NCBI GenBank assembly: GCA_964016885.1 | Contig: OZ024744.1 | Span: 108,562,001-108,626,000 of the forward strand | DNA from: Eledone cirrhosa | Lineage: Eukaryota | Reading direction: 5' to 3' | DNA length: 64,000 nt | Shown: positions 20,301 to 36,222 of the stretch, in pieces | Layout: each line of letters opens with the position of its first letter | How positions within the stretch are numbered: position 1 is the first letter of the stretch | Program-made: the position numbers and the translations under genes | Notes under the pieces: generated by a model | Database searches by the model: none | What the model was told of the DNA's origin: nothing | Seen by the model: only the letters and a program-made list of their open reading frames with translations

Positions 20301-23300
20301 TACAGTAATAACAACACTATATTATATTAAAGTAATAACAACACTATAATATATTACAGTAATAACAACACTATAGTATATTACAGTAATAACAACAGTA
20401 TATTATATTAGAGTAATAACAACACTATATTTTATTAGAGTAATAACAACACTATAGTATATTACAGTAATAACAACAGTATATTATATTACAGTAATAA
20501 CAACACTATATTATATTAGAGTAATAACAACACTATAGTATATTACAGTAATAACAACAGTATATTATATTACAGTAATAACAACACTATAATATATTAC
20601 AGTATTAACAACACTATATTATATTACAGTAATAACAACACCATATTATATTACAGTAATAACAACACTATATTATATTACAGTAATAACAACACTATAT
20701 TATATTACAGTAATAACAACACTATATTATATTACAGTAATAACAACACTATATTATATTACAGTAATAACAACACTATATTATATTACAGTATTGACAA
20801 CACTATATTATATTATATTACAGTGATAACAACACTATATTATATTATATTACAGTCCTAACAACACTATATTATATTACAGTAATAACAACACTATATT
20901 ATATTACAGTAATAACAACACTATATTATATTACAGTAATAACAACACTATATTATATTACAGTAATAACAACACTATAATATATTACAGTAATAACAAC
21001 ACTATAGTATATTACAGTAATAACAACAGTATATTATATTACAGTAATAACAACACTATATTATATTACAGTAATAACAACACTATATTATATTGCAGTA
21101 ATAACAACACTATATTATATTACAGTAATAACAACACTATATTATATTACAGTAATAACAACATTATATTATGTTACAGTAATAAGAACACTATATTATA
21201 TTACAGTAATAACAACACTATATTATATTACAGTAATAACAACACTATATTATATTACAGTAATAACAACACTATATTATATTACAGTAATAACAACACT
21301 ATATTATATTACAGTAATAACAACACTATATTATTTTACACTATTAACAACACTATATTATATTACAGTAATAGCAACACTATTATATATTATAGTAATA
21401 ACAACACTATATTATATTACAGTAATAACAACACTATATTATATCATATGACAGTATTAACAACACTATATTATATTACAGTAATAACAACACTATATTA
21501 TATTACAGTAATAACAACACTATATTATATTACAGTAATAACAACACTATATTATATTACAATAATAACAACACTATATTATATTACAGTAATAACAACA
21601 CTTAATTATATTACAGTAATAACAACACTATATTATATTACAGTAATAACAACACTAGATTATATTACAGTAATAACAACACTATATTATATTACAGTAA
21701 TAACAACACTGTATTATATTGCAGTAATAACAACACTATATTATATTACAGTAATAACAACACTATATTATATTACAGTAATAACAACACTATAATATAT
21801 TACAGTAATAACAACACTATAGTATATTACAGTAATAACAACAGTATATTATATTAGAGTAATAACAACTCTATATTATATTAGAGTAATAACAACACTA
21901 TAGTATATTACAGTAATAACAACAGTATATTATATTACAGTAATAACAACACAATATTATGTTAGAGTAATAACAACACTATATTATATTACAGTAATAA
22001 CAACACTATAATATATTACAGAACTAACAACACTATAGTATATTACAGTAATAACAACAGTATATTATATTACAGTAATAACAACACTATATTATATTAG
22101 AGTAATAACAACACTATAGTATATTACAGTAATAACAACAGTATATTATATTACAGTAATAACTACACTATAATATATTACAGTATTAACAACACTATAT
22201 TATATTACAGTATTAACAACACTATATTATATTACAGTAATAACAACACTATAATATATTACAGTAATAACAACACTATATTATATTACAGTAATAACAA
22301 CACTATATTATATTACAGTAATAACAACACTATATTATATTACAGTAATAACAACACTATATTATATTACAGTATTAACAACACTATATTATATTACAGT
22401 AATAACAACACTATAATATATTATAGTAATAACAACACTATATTATACTACAGTAATAACAACACTATATTATATTATATGACAGTATTAACAACACTAT
22501 ATTATATTACAGTAATAACAACACTATATTATATTACAGTAATAACAACACTATATTATATTACAGTAATAACAAAACTATATTGTATAACAGTAATAAC
22601 AACACTATAATATATTACAGTAATAACAACACTATATTATATTACAGTAATAACAACACTATATTGTATTATAGTAATAACAACACTATATTATATAACA
22701 GTAATAACAACACTGTATTATATTACAGTAATAACAACACTGTATTATATTATATTACAGTAATAACAACACCATATTATATTACAGTAATAACAACACT
22801 ATATTATATTACAGTAATAACAACACTATATTATATTACAGTAATAACACTATTTTATATTATAGTAATAACAACACTATATTATATTACAGTAATTACA
22901 ACACTATATTGTATTATATTATATTACAGTAATAACAACACTATATTATATTACAGTAATTACTACACTATATTATATTACAGTAATAACAACACTATAT
23001 TATATTACAGTAATAACAAAACTATATTATATTACAGTAATAACAACATTATTTTATATTTCTGTAATAACAACACTATATTATATTATATTACTGTATT
23101 AACAACACTATAATATATTACAGTAATAACAACACTATATTATATTACAGTAATAACAACACTATATTATATTACAGTAATAACAAAACTATATTATATT
23201 ACAGTAATAACAACATTATTTTATATTTCTGTAATAACAACACTATATTATTTTACAGTAATAACAACACTATATTATATTACAATAATAACAACACTAT

Positions 23301-23754
23301 ATTATATTACAGTAATAACAACACTATATTATATTACAGTAATAACTACACTATATTATATTATATGACAGTATTAACAACACTATATTATATTACAGTA
23401 ATAACAACACTATATTATATTACAGTAATAACAACACTATAATCTATTACAGTAATAACAACACTATAGTATATTACAGTAATAACAACAGTATATTATA
23501 TTACAGTAATAACAACACTATATTATATTAGAGTAATAATAACACTATAGTATATTACAGTAATAACAACAGTATATTATATTACAGTAATAACTACACT
23601 ATAATATATTACAGTATTAACAACACTATATTATATTACAGTAATAACAACACCATATTATATTACAGTAATAACAACACTATATTATATTACAGTAATA
23701 ACAACACCATATTATATTACAGTAAAAACAACACTATATTATATTATAGTAATG

Positions 23755-23870
23755 ATCTGAGTTTAAATCCCGCCGAGGTTGACTTTGATTTCATCCTTAC
23801 GGGGTCGATAAAATAAAGTACCAGTAATGCACTGCGTAATTGCTGGCCTTGTTCCAAAAGTAGAAACAAT
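23755..23870 (+). mobile_element. 5'-truncated SINE family A inside the 27-bp satellite
   Basis: tctgagtttaaatcccgccgaggttgactttg...catccttacggggtcgataaaataaagtaccagt...gtagaaacaa. Confidence 0.85.
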
Positions 23871-26800
23871 TATATTACAGTAATAACAACACTATATTAT
23901 ATTACAGTAATAACAACACTATATTATATTACAGTAATAACAACACTATATTATATTACAGTAATAACAACACTATATTATATTACAGTAATAACAACAC
24001 TATATTATATTACAGTAATAACAACACTATAAAATATTACAGTAATATCAACACTATATTATATTACAGTAATAACAACAGTATATTATATTACAGTAAT
24101 AACAACACTATATTATATTACAGTAATAACAACACTATATTATATTGCAGTAATAACAACACTATATTATATTACAGTAATAACAACACTATATTATATT
24201 ACAGTAATAACAACATTATATTATGTTACAGTAATAAGAACACTATATTATATTACAGTAATAACAACACTATATTATATTACAGTAATAACAACACTAT
24301 ATTATATTACAGTAATAACAACACTATATTATATTACAGTAATAACAACACTATATTATATTACAGAAATAACAACACTATATTATATTACAGTATTAAC
24401 AACACTATATTATATTATATGACAGTATTAACAACACTATATTATATTACAGTAATAACAACACTATATTATATTACAGTAATAACAACACTATATTATA
24501 TTACAGAAATAACAAAACTATATTGTATTACAGTAATAACAACACTATAATATATTACAGTAATAACAACACTATATTATATTACAGTAATAACAACACT
24601 ATATTGTATTATAGTAATAACAACACTATATTATATAACAGTAATAACAACACTGTATTATATTACAGTAATAACAACACTGTATTATATTATATTACAG
24701 TAATAACAACACCATATTATATTACAGTAATAACAACACTATATTATATTACAGTAATAACAACACTATATTATATTACAGTAATAACACTATTTTATAT
24801 TATAGTAATAACAACACTATATTATATTACAGTAATTACAACACTATATTGTATTATATTATATTACAGTAATAACAACACTATATTATATTACAGTAAT
24901 TACTACACTATATTATATTACAGTAATAACAACACTATATTATATTACAGTAATAACAAAACTATATTATATTACAGTAATAACAACATTATTTTATATT
25001 TCTGTAATAACAACACTATATTATATTATATTACTGTATTAACAACACTATAATATATTACAGTAATAACAACACTATATTATATTACAGTAATAACAAC
25101 ACTATATTATATTACAGTAATAACAAAACTATATTATATTACAGTAATAACAACATTATTTTATATTTCTGTAATAACAACACTATATTATTTTACAGTA
25201 ATAACAACACTATATTATATTACAGTAATAACAACACTATATTATATTACAGTAATAACAACACTATATTATATTACAGTAATAACAACACTATATTATA
25301 TTACAGTAATAACAACACTATAATATATTACAGTAATATCAACACTATATTATATTACAGTAATAACAACAGTATATTATATTACAGTAATAACAACACT
25401 ATATTATATTACAGTAATAACAACACTATATTATATTGCAGTAATAACAACACTATATTATATTACAGTAATAACAACACTATAGTATAATACAGTAATA
25501 ACAACATTATATTATATTACAGAAATAACAACACCCATATTATATTACAGTAATAACAACACTATAATATATTATAGTAATAACAACACTATATTATATT
25601 ACAGTAATAATAACACTATATTATATTACAGTCCTAACAACACTATATTATATTATAGTAATAACAACACTATATTATATTACAGTAATAACAACACTAT
25701 ATTATAATACAGTGATAACAACACTATATTATGTTACAGTAATAACAACACTATATTATATTACGGTAATAACAACACTATCTTATATTACAGTGATAAC
25801 AACACTATATTATATTCCAGTAATAACAACACTATATTATATTATATTACAGTATTAACAACACTATATTATATTACAGTAATAACAACACTATATTATA
25901 TTACATTAATAACAACACTATATTATATTACAGTAATAACAACACTATATTGTATTAGAGTAATAACAATACTATATTATATTACAATAATAACAACATT
26001 ATATTATATTACAGTAATAACAACACTATATTAGATTACAGTAATAACAACACTATATTATATTACAGTAATAACAACACTATATTATATTACAGTAATA
26101 ACAACACTATATTATATTACAGTAATAACAACACTATATTATATTACAGTATTAACAACACTATATTATATTACAGTAATAACAACACTATAATATATTA
26201 TAGTAATAACAACACTATATTATATTACAGTAATAACAACACTATATTATATTACAGTCCTAACAACACTATATTATATTACAGTAATAACAACACTATA
26301 TTATATTACAGTAATAACAACACTATATTATATTACAGTGATAACAACACTATATTATGTTACAGTAATAACAACACTATATTATATTACAGTAATAACA
26401 ACACTATATTATATTACAGTGATAACAACACTATATTATATTCCAGTAATAACAACACTATATTATATTATATTACAGTATTAACAACACTATATTATAT
26501 TACAGTAATAACAACACTATATTATATTACAGTAATAACAACACTATATTATATTACAATAATAACAACACTATATTATATTACAGTAATAACAACACTA
26601 TATTATATTACAGTAATAACAACACTATATTATATTACAGTAATTACAACACTATATTATATTATATTACAGTAATAACAACACTATATTATATTATATT
26701 ACTGTATTAACAACACTATAATATATTACAGTAATAACAACACTATATTATATTACAGTAATAACAACACTATATTATATTACAGTAATAACAACACTAT

Positions 26801-29800
26801 ATTATATTACAGTAATAACAACACTGTATTATATTATATTACAGTAATAACAACACCATATTATATTACAGTAATAACAACACTATATTATATTACAGTA
26901 ATAACAACACTATATTATATTATATTACAGTGATAACAACACTATATTATATTACAGTGATAACAACACTATATTATATTACAGTGATAACAACACTATA
27001 TTATATTACAGTAATAACAACAGTATATTATATTACAATAATAACAACACTATATTATATTACAGTAATAACAACACTATATTATATTACAGTAATAACA
27101 ACACTATATTATATTACAGTATTAACAACACTATATTATATTACAGTAATAACAACACTATAATATATTACAGTAATAACAACACTATATTATATTACAG
27201 TAATAACAACACTATATTATATTACAGTAATAACAACACTATATTATATTACAGTATTTACAACACTATATTATATTATATTACAGTAATAACAACACTA
27301 TATTATATTATATTACTGTATTAACAACACTATAATATATTACAGTAATAACAACACTATATTATATTACAGTAATAACAACACTATATTATATTACAGT
27401 AATAACAACACTATATTATATTACAGTAATAACAACACTGTATTATATTATATTAGTTATAACAACACCATATTATATTACAGTAATAACAACACTAAAT
27501 TATATTACAGTAATAACAACACTATATTATATTATATTACAGTGATAACAACACTATATTATATTACAGTGATAACAACACTATATTATATTACAGTGAT
27601 AACAACACTATATTATATTACAGTAATAACAACAGTATATTATATTATAGTAATAACAACACTATATTATATTACAGTAATAACAACACTATATTTTATT
27701 ACAGTAATAACAACACTATATTATATTACAGTAATAACAACACTATATTATATTACAGTGTTAACAACACTATATTATATTACAATAATAACAACACTGT
27801 ATTATATTATATTAGTTATAACAACACCATATTATATTACAGTAATAACAACACTATATTATATTACAGTAATAACAACACTATATTACATTACAGTAAT
27901 AACAACACTATATTATATTACAGTAATAACAATACTATATTATATTACAGTAATTACAACACTACATTATATTATATTACAGTAATAACAACACTATATT
28001 ATATTACAGTAATAACAACACTATATTATATTACAGTAATAACAACACTATATTATATTACAGTAATAACAACACTGTATTATATTATATTACAATAATA
28101 ACAACACCATATTATATTACAGTAATAACAACACTATATTATATTACAGTAATAACAACACTATATTATTTTATATTACAGTGATAACAACACTATATTA
28201 TATTACAGTGATAACAACACTATATTATATTACAGTGATAACAAAACTATATTATATTACAGTAATAACAACAGTATATTATATTATAGTAATAACAACA
28301 CTATATTATATTACAGTAATAACAACGCTATATTATATTACAGTAATAACAACACTATATTATATTACAGTAATAACAACACTATATTATATTACAGTAA
28401 TAACAACACTATATTATATTACAGTATTAACAACACTATATTATATTACAATAATAACAACACTATATTATATTACAGTAATAACAACACTATATTACAT
28501 TACAGTAATAACAACACTATATTATATTACAGTAATAACAACACTCTATTATATTACAGTAATAACAACATTATTTTATATTACAGTAATAACAACACTA
28601 TATTATATTACAGTATTAACAACACTATATTATATTACAGTAATAACAACACTATATTATATTGCAGTAATAACAACACTATATTATATTACAGTATTAA
28701 CAACACTCTATTATATTACAGTAATAACAACACTATATTATATTACAGTAATAACAACACTATAATATATTACAGTAATAACAACACTATATTATATTAC
28801 AGTAATAACAACACTATATTATATTACAGTATTAACAACACTATATTAAATTACAGTAATAACAACACTATATTATATTATTTTACAGTAATAACAACAC
28901 TATATTATATTACAGTAATAACAACACAATATTATATTACAGTAATAACAACACTATAATATATTACAGTAATAACAACACCATATTATATTACAGTATT
29001 AACAACACTATAATATATTACTGTGATAACAACACTATATTATATTATATTACAGTAATAACAACACTATCATATATTACAGTAATAACAACACTATAAT
29101 ATATTACAGTAATAACAACCAAATTTTCTTTTTAAATGTTCTTTTTTAAATGTGTGTTTTAAGGTATTTTGAGGGTGCGTATTTCTGAAACGTTTTTTTA
29201 AATGTTTTTTTTTATGTTTTTCCTTTATTTAAAAAAAATCCTCTATAAGAATTTGCTGCACATTCAATACTTATTGTGAGTGTCACATTTAATACAGTTG
29301 CGGCTGTGTAGGTGATTGTTGTGGCCCATATGTATTACGCCTGCATGGACATGGGTGTGGGTGCCTACAGGCCGGGGGGAAGGCTATGACAGGGCGCGAG
29401 CGTTTCAATCATACAACCCTTCACCTCCTACAGTAGTAACTCCAATATAAGAAACAATTTTGATTCACAGGTGGGATATGAAAAGAACCAGATAAATGAT
29501 GGCCATGAGTGGTCAAAAATACTGTTGGCGTGTACAATTCTTGACCACTCAGTGACAAACAACAGCAGGATTTCAGCTGGCGAGTGAAGGGCGAGGTTGT
29601 AACTGGACATTTGTAAACTCTGCTTCGAAGAATCGAGATGCATCTAAGGACCTAGCGATTTCAGAGTCAGGTTTGATCATTACATCGATCGTGCCTCGAG
29701 TTGGTCGCCAGAGAAACGATTGTAATATGTCTAATAAATATATTCGTCGCACCAGTGATTCTCCGTTTCTTATGTGATATATATATGTGTGTGTGTGTGT

Positions 29801-29835
29801 AAACACATGTATATATACATATATATATATATATA

Positions 29836-29887
<52 letters not shown>

Positions 29888-30075
29888 TTCGTTTCTGAAT
29901 TTGTTTAGCAAGATTCTTTATCTGAAATCGTGTGTTGAAACCGATATTGTTATACTTTGGGGGGGGTCATGTTGCCAATAAGAAACACACGCACCAGTTG
30001 CTTTCACTTCAATTTATTATAATTAATTTATAAATTTAGGAATTTATAAATTTCTTGTTGGTTGGTTGGTTGGTT

Positions 30076-30150
30076 CCACAACCAGATAGTTGTTTATATA
30101 TTGTCAAAGTTCTTTCGTCACACATTCTGTGACCTCTTCAGTGACTGTGG
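30076..30150 (-). ncRNA. Minimal type I hammerhead ribozyme in the Penelope pLTR
   Basis: Minus strand: GUCA-CUGAAGA-g-GUCACA gaaug UGUGAC-GAAA-G aa CUU-UGAC; stems I and II pair and stem III is 2 bp. Confidence 0.75.
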
Positions 30151-30346
30151 ATTCCTTTCTTTGTTTCTGTGCCTCTCCTTTCTTCTGTCCTACACCATTT
30201 TGTTTCTGTGTGTGTGTTGTGTGCTCAGTCTGCGCATGCGCTACATCCGGGTGTCTGTGTGTGTTTATATTTGTTTATTTATTTGTTTATTTACATGTTA
30301 CTGGCTGGTTGTTTGTTCTATGTGTGTGTGTGTTTTCATTTTGTCC

Positions 30347-30730
30347 TTAATTGCAAGTTGTGATGTTGCTGTTCCACTCATATTTTCTATTTAATTTTGG
30401 TTGTAATTCTTTTATGTTTATTGCCTCTGTGATTTGTCTAAACATTGCGTCTTTTCTGTGTGTAGATTCTATTTTTATTTCTATGTTCTATAATTTACCC
30501 TTATGTTCTATTTTAGCATGTTGGTAGAGTACAGATGATTCTTTACTATCTTGAAGGTCTCGCCAGTGTTCATTTATCCGTTCCCCTACACTACGAGCTG
30601 TCTCACCTATGTACACTATATTTTTGTCTCTACATTGTCCTTCAGTACATCTTATGCTATACACTACATTTCTAGTTTTACAGTTAATATGGGGGCTTAT
30701 TTTACAGGTTATACATTTCTTATCTATACA
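30347..30730 (-). pseudogene. GIY-YIG endonuclease domain of the Penelope-like element (frameshifted, one internal stop)
   Basis: Hand translation: CIDKKCITC...CKTRNVVYSIRCTEGQC...VYIGETARSVGERINEH...LYQHAKIEH...RQITEAINI...PKLNRKYEW. The Cys-rich linker is Neptune-like. Confidence 0.88.
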
Positions 30731-32201
30731 GGGGGGGGGGTCTTTGGAAAGGGTATGTCTTGCTAATAAGTGTTTTTACGGAGGTACCTGGTCTTTCTAC
30801 TATCTTAATATTGAGTTTATGTTTATCTAGGGCCCTTCTAAATTTGTAAGCTAATTCACCTCTAGGGGTTGTATCGATGAGCATTACACTCTGGTATTTA
30901 TTGCTATCATACCATGAGTTTATTCTATTAGCCTTATTCCTAGTTCTTTCTATTCTGTTCCAAAATTTGCTCCTATACAAGGGGCAGTTCCCATTTGTGT
31001 CATTATTTACCATGTTTTCCCATTTGGTTCTGGCTCCTCTATACACTCTGATTCTATCTCTCTGATTGTAACGAGAGAACTGCATACGGTGGATGAAGTG
31101 TTGTATGTGTCTCTCTAGTTCTTCGGGGTTGCACATGCGGGACACGTTTCTCATCACCCGTACCAAATCCGCAATCAGTATGTTGATTTTGGTATGGTCT
31201 GAAACAGCCGAGTTTCGGTGGATCAGATGTTTGGAAGTCATGGGTTTGGCATAATGGAAATGGAGGATTTGTTTTTTGTTATTAATAGTATCTAACCAGA
31301 GCTCTGTGTCTAGTACAGGTAATCGATGGTTGGGGTGTTTACTTGGGTAGTCTATAGTAACTCTAATACTCTGGTGGATGGAGTTAGCTATTTGCTGGAT
31401 GCTATCCATAGTGTTTTTCTCTAGTTCCTGACTGTTCTCTAGTGGGGCTGTTTTAACTACGATGTTTATATCGTCAACGTAGCGGGAGTACATTATCAGG
31501 GTTATAGGGTCTTCTAATTGTTCTTTAAGTTTAAGTTTAAGTTTAAGTCTACTGTCCCACCATACCATGAATAAGTTAGCTATGTCGCCTGCAATGCTAA
31601 CACCAATGGCTGCTCCTTCCTCTTGGGCATATGTTTTTCCATTAAATTTGAACATATGTTCCTTAAGGGTTAGTTTTATGCTGGCCCCTACCGCATGTGC
31701 AATCATTTTCTTCAGTTCATCGTGGTTTTCGGGTGTCCGTATGGCTCTGGTCCACCCATTCCATCTATCTGTGTGGGTTTTCTTGGCCATTGAGGTAATG
31801 GTAGGTGGTCTGCCTCTTGCTGGTCTTGTAGGGCACAGGTTGCTAAGGTCATATGTGTCTAAATAATTATTACTATAGGTAAGTTTAAGTAGGAGTCCCA
31901 GCTCCCTGGTATCAATCCCACGGAACTCAACATTGCTCTCACTGATCATTTCTACGCATTTCTCCACAGCAAAATCCACGTCAATAGATGGATACAGGGA
32001 CACAACATCCATACTACCTATTATGCAGTTTGTTAGGTCCCTAGATCGGTTACTCTCGCCGATTCTGCTGAGGAGGTCCTCCATGCTGTCACATACATCT
32101 GGGGACATTTCAATGATGGGGCGTATGATCAGGGAGAGGAAGTAGGACAGTCTGTAGTTACTAGCAATGTTAGCCCCACAGACTGTTAGCCCCACAACCA
32201 A
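30720..32201 (-). pseudogene. Penelope-type reverse transcriptase (partial)
   Basis: Motifs IIGSMDVVSLYPSI, YAQEEGAAIGVSIAGDIANLFM, YSRYVDDI, LPVLDT, HYAKP; frameshift at the G-run near 30731. Confidence 0.92.
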
Positions 32202-32336
32202 CCAGAAATTTATAAATTCCTAAATTTATAAATTTATTATAATAAATTGAAGTGAAAGCAACTGGTGCGTGTGTTTCTTATTGGCAACATGACCCTCCCA
32301 AAGTATAACAATATATATATATACATATACATATAT

Positions 32337-35300
32337 CATCATCATCATCATCATCACTGTTTTACGTCCGTTCTTCAAACGCTAGCATGGGTTAGGCGGG
32401 TTGTCCTGTTGTGGGCAGTGTCTGGTCAGCTGACCATGCCTTGCTCATACAGGAACTGATTTTGGCTTGCTTTCTACAGCTGGATGCCCTTCCTAACACC
32501 AACCTCATTTACAGTGAGTGTTGGATGCTTTTTCCGTGGCGCCTAGACGTCCACTTTACAGTGTGGGCTGGGTGCTTTTTGCCGTGACACCTCCACGACC
32601 ACTTTGCAGTGGGAGGTTGTGGGGGCATATTGTCTATATGCTTCAGCTTGTACCCATGGGAGGTCGGGTACTCTGTATTTCTGCGTGACGCCAGAGGTCA
32701 CGGTCGTGTGTCATCGCCTTTGAGAGGTGTAATTGGGTAAGGTTGGCTTTTATCACCTCATCCCAGGTCTTCTTGGGTCTCCCCCACTCCGTGGTTTCCA
32801 TCGACTTCTAGTGCTCTGCACCTTTTTATGCAGCTGTCTTCCTTCATACGCATCACATGTCCATACCAACGCAACTGCCTCTCCTGCACACAGCATTTGA
32901 TTGCTCTTATGCTCAGTCTCTCTCTCTCAATTCATTTATGCTTTCTCGTTCGCGTATATTACTATTACACATCCATCGGAGCATGCAGGCTTTGTTTCTT
33001 TCTAATCTATGTAAGTCTTCCACCTTCAGCGCCCAGGTCTCACTACCATGCAACATCGCTGTTCGGATACACGCATCATACAGTCTGCCTTTCATTTTGA
33101 GGGAGAAGCCTTCTGCACCTAGCAGTGGCAGTAGTTCCCTGAACTTCTCCTATCCCGTTCTTACCCTAGTTATTGTACTTTCTGAACACCCACCTCCGCT
33201 GCTAATTCTGTCACCTAGGTAGAAGAAGCTGTCTACTGTTTCTACAGAGCCCTCCCAGAGATTGGTGGTACTTGTTTCCTGTGGCTGTTTGCTGCTTGCT
33301 GTCCCAGCACAGCTGCTGCATGTGAAGCCTACATTCTTAATTAAGCTTCCTGAGATCCCGCTACATCTCTTATGTACCCATTGTTTGCATTTGGGGCAGA
33401 GAATGGAGTTCCTACCTACACCTTTCCTACATACTGAGCAAGGCCATTTCCCTGAGGGGATCTGGGTTCTGTTTTCTCGTCTACTTACAAGGACCTTAGT
33501 CTTTGTTATGTTGACTTTGAGACCCTTTCTTTCTAGTCCCTGCTTCCAAGTTTGGAATTTATTCTCTAGTTCTACCATAGATTCAGCTATAAGTGCGAGG
33601 TCATCAGCATACAGGAGTTCCCATGGGCATCCGGTCTTAAACTCCTCCGTTATTGCCTGCAGGACTATGATGAACAGGAGGGGCTAAGAACAGAGCCCTG
33701 GTGGAAACCAACCTGTACGCTAAATTACTCGCTATACTCGTTGCTAATCCTAACTTTGCTGACTGCACCCTTATAATGGCTTGTACAGCTTTCACAAGCC
33801 ATTCATCTACTCCTAGTTTTCTAAGAGCCCACCAGATTACAGCAGTGGAACTCTGTCAAAGGCTTTCTCGAGATCGACAAATGCCAAGTAGAGTGGCTTA
33901 CTTTTAGCTAGGTACTTTTCTTGTAACTGCCTCACAAGGAAGAGCGCATCAGTGGTGCCTCTTCCTGGTACAAACCCAAATTGCATCTCATCTAGTTTCA
34001 CCCAGTCCCTAATCAACTGTGCTATAACTCTTTCTGTTACTTTCATGACCTGGTCCATCAGCTTTATACCTCTATAGTTTCCTATATCGAGTGCATCACC
34101 TTTACCTTTGTAGCAGTTGACAATGATGCTACTGCACCAATCTTTTGGTATGACACCTTCTAGTATTACCTGTTTAACAACACGTGTGGTTATAGTGTGA
34201 CCTACAGACCCAGATGCCTTCAGCATCTCGGCAGCTATACCCGATGGACCGGTTGCCTTCCCCATCTTCATATCTTTTATTGCCTTACTTACTAAGCTGT
34301 TGCTGACTTGTACTGCTGGCCCCTCTATAAGGTCTACTTGGAGTAGGGTCTCTTCTTCCCATGCATTCTCCTCATTTAGTAATCTATCATAATGGCTCTT
34401 CCATGCATCTTTCTTCTCAGCACTTGTGAGGGCAAGCTCACCTTTATCATTCCGGATACACTTGTCTCCAATGACATCACAATTCTCTCTGACACACTGC
34501 CTCACGATCTTGAACACCTCCTGTTTCTGGTCCTCACGTTGCAAAACATGCTTGAATTTTCTATCCTCTGCTTCCCTCCTAGCTAAGTATACTTGTCGCC
34601 TAGCTTCCCTCTTGGTCTCTATGTAATGTACCCTGCTCCCCCCGTTCTTCCATTCTTTCCAGGCCTGTCTCTTGGCCTTAACTGCCTCATCTACCTTATT
34701 GTTCCACCACCAAGTCACTCTCCTCCTGCTTGTGGTCTTACTCCAGCCACAGACCTCATCCGTCTCCTCTAGTAAGTTATTTTTTAGGAACTCCCAGTGC
34801 TCTTCTACATTGAATGTCTATATCTGTTCTTCTTTACTGCCGTAGGCGTTGAGTAAAATATCTTTAAATCTGTTAGTGGCTGAGGGGTCTTTCAGCTTCC
34901 AGATCTTTCTTCTCCAGGTTGGCCTCTGTTTCCAGGTTAGTCTAGTTCTGACCGTGAGGTCACTGACAACTAAACTATGTTGGGAGGTACATTCCTCACT
35001 AGGGAAGGCTTTTGTGTTTATCTGTCACGTCCTCTGATGAGGATAAAATCTATCTGACTAGAATGCTCCCCTGATCTATAGGTGATCAGGTGGTTGTTGG
35101 GTTTTTTAAAGTTTGTGTTACATATCGACATGTCATTGGCGTCGCAGAATTCTAGAAGTCTGAATCCTTCTTCATTTCTTGTGCCAACTCCATGGCCTCC
35201 ATGTACTCTATTGAAGCCGTCACAATGTTTACCTACGTGTCTGTTAAAATATCCTGCGATGATTAGGAAGTCATTGTCGTCTGTTAGAGCAGTAGTGTGC

Positions 35301-35370
35301 GTTAGGGACTCGTAAAACCTATCCTTAAGTTCGTCTGACAACCCCGATTGGGGTGCGTAAGCTGATATTA
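32337..35370 (-). mobile_element. RTE-type LINE, degenerate (APE endonuclease + RT), with 3' (GAT)n tail
   Basis: APE motifs [28 protein letters not shown] (35018-35370). RT motifs YRGIKL, QFGFVPGRGTTDA, FVDLEKAFDRVP, LLYADDL, FFYLG. Multiple frameshifts. Confidence 0.9.
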
Positions 35371-35371
35371 T

Positions 35372-35705
<334 letters not shown>

Positions 35706-36034
35706 GTGGATGCGCGCGTTATATACGTATTTATGTGCGTATATTTATATACGTTTTTATAATCATATGTATACACGCACACACACACACACACAAACAC
35801 ACACACATATATATGTATTTTTTTATATATCTTTTATGTGTATTTGGTGTATACGTTCGTATGTGTGCGGGTACAGGCGTTGCGTAGATTTTGTATGTGT
35901 ACGCGTGTTTTTTCTTACTTGCCTGTATTTGCATACCCATGGTGGGTGTTTTCGCGTATGCATGTGTATGTACGTATATGGATGCGTGCATGTATATATT
36001 TAATTTCAATTACCTCTGTAATTTATTTACATTG

Positions 36035-36184
36035 TGAATTGGCAGTATCGGTAGAGGGTTGGACGCCATGAGTTCAAATCCCGCCGAGGTTAACTTTGCC
36101 TTTCATCCTTACGGGGTCGGTAAAATAAAGTACCAGTAATGTACTGGGTAGTTTGCTGGCCTTGTGCCTAAAGTAGAAACAATT
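36035..36184 (+). mobile_element. SINE family A with internal deletion
   Basis: gaattggcagtatcggtagag...gagttcaaatcccgccgaggttaactttgcctttcatcc...gtagaaacaa. Confidence 0.85.
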
Positions 36185-36222
36185 ATTCTTAACTCTGAAT
36201 CCGAGAATCATTCGGGTTCCTA

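Larger units (their letters stand above)
14148..29119. repeat. 27-bp tandem satellite, consensus ACAGTAATAACAACACTATATTATATT (roughly 540 units), with occasional +5 bp (TATAT) variants
   Basis: Unit read directly; it gives the 9-aa periodic ORFs YSNNNTILY / ITVITTLYY in the ORF track. Confidence 0.97.
29888..32314 (-). mobile_element. Penelope-like retroelement (Neptune-like), 5'-truncated, with inverted pseudo-LTR
   Basis: RT and GIY-YIG coding region on the minus strand. 32195-32314 is the reverse complement of 29944-30066. Flanked by (TA)n. Confidence 0.92.

Noticed and set aside
14376-28765. YSNNNTILY / ITVITTLYY repeat ORFs
   Set aside because: Artefact of a 27-bp (9-codon) satellite.
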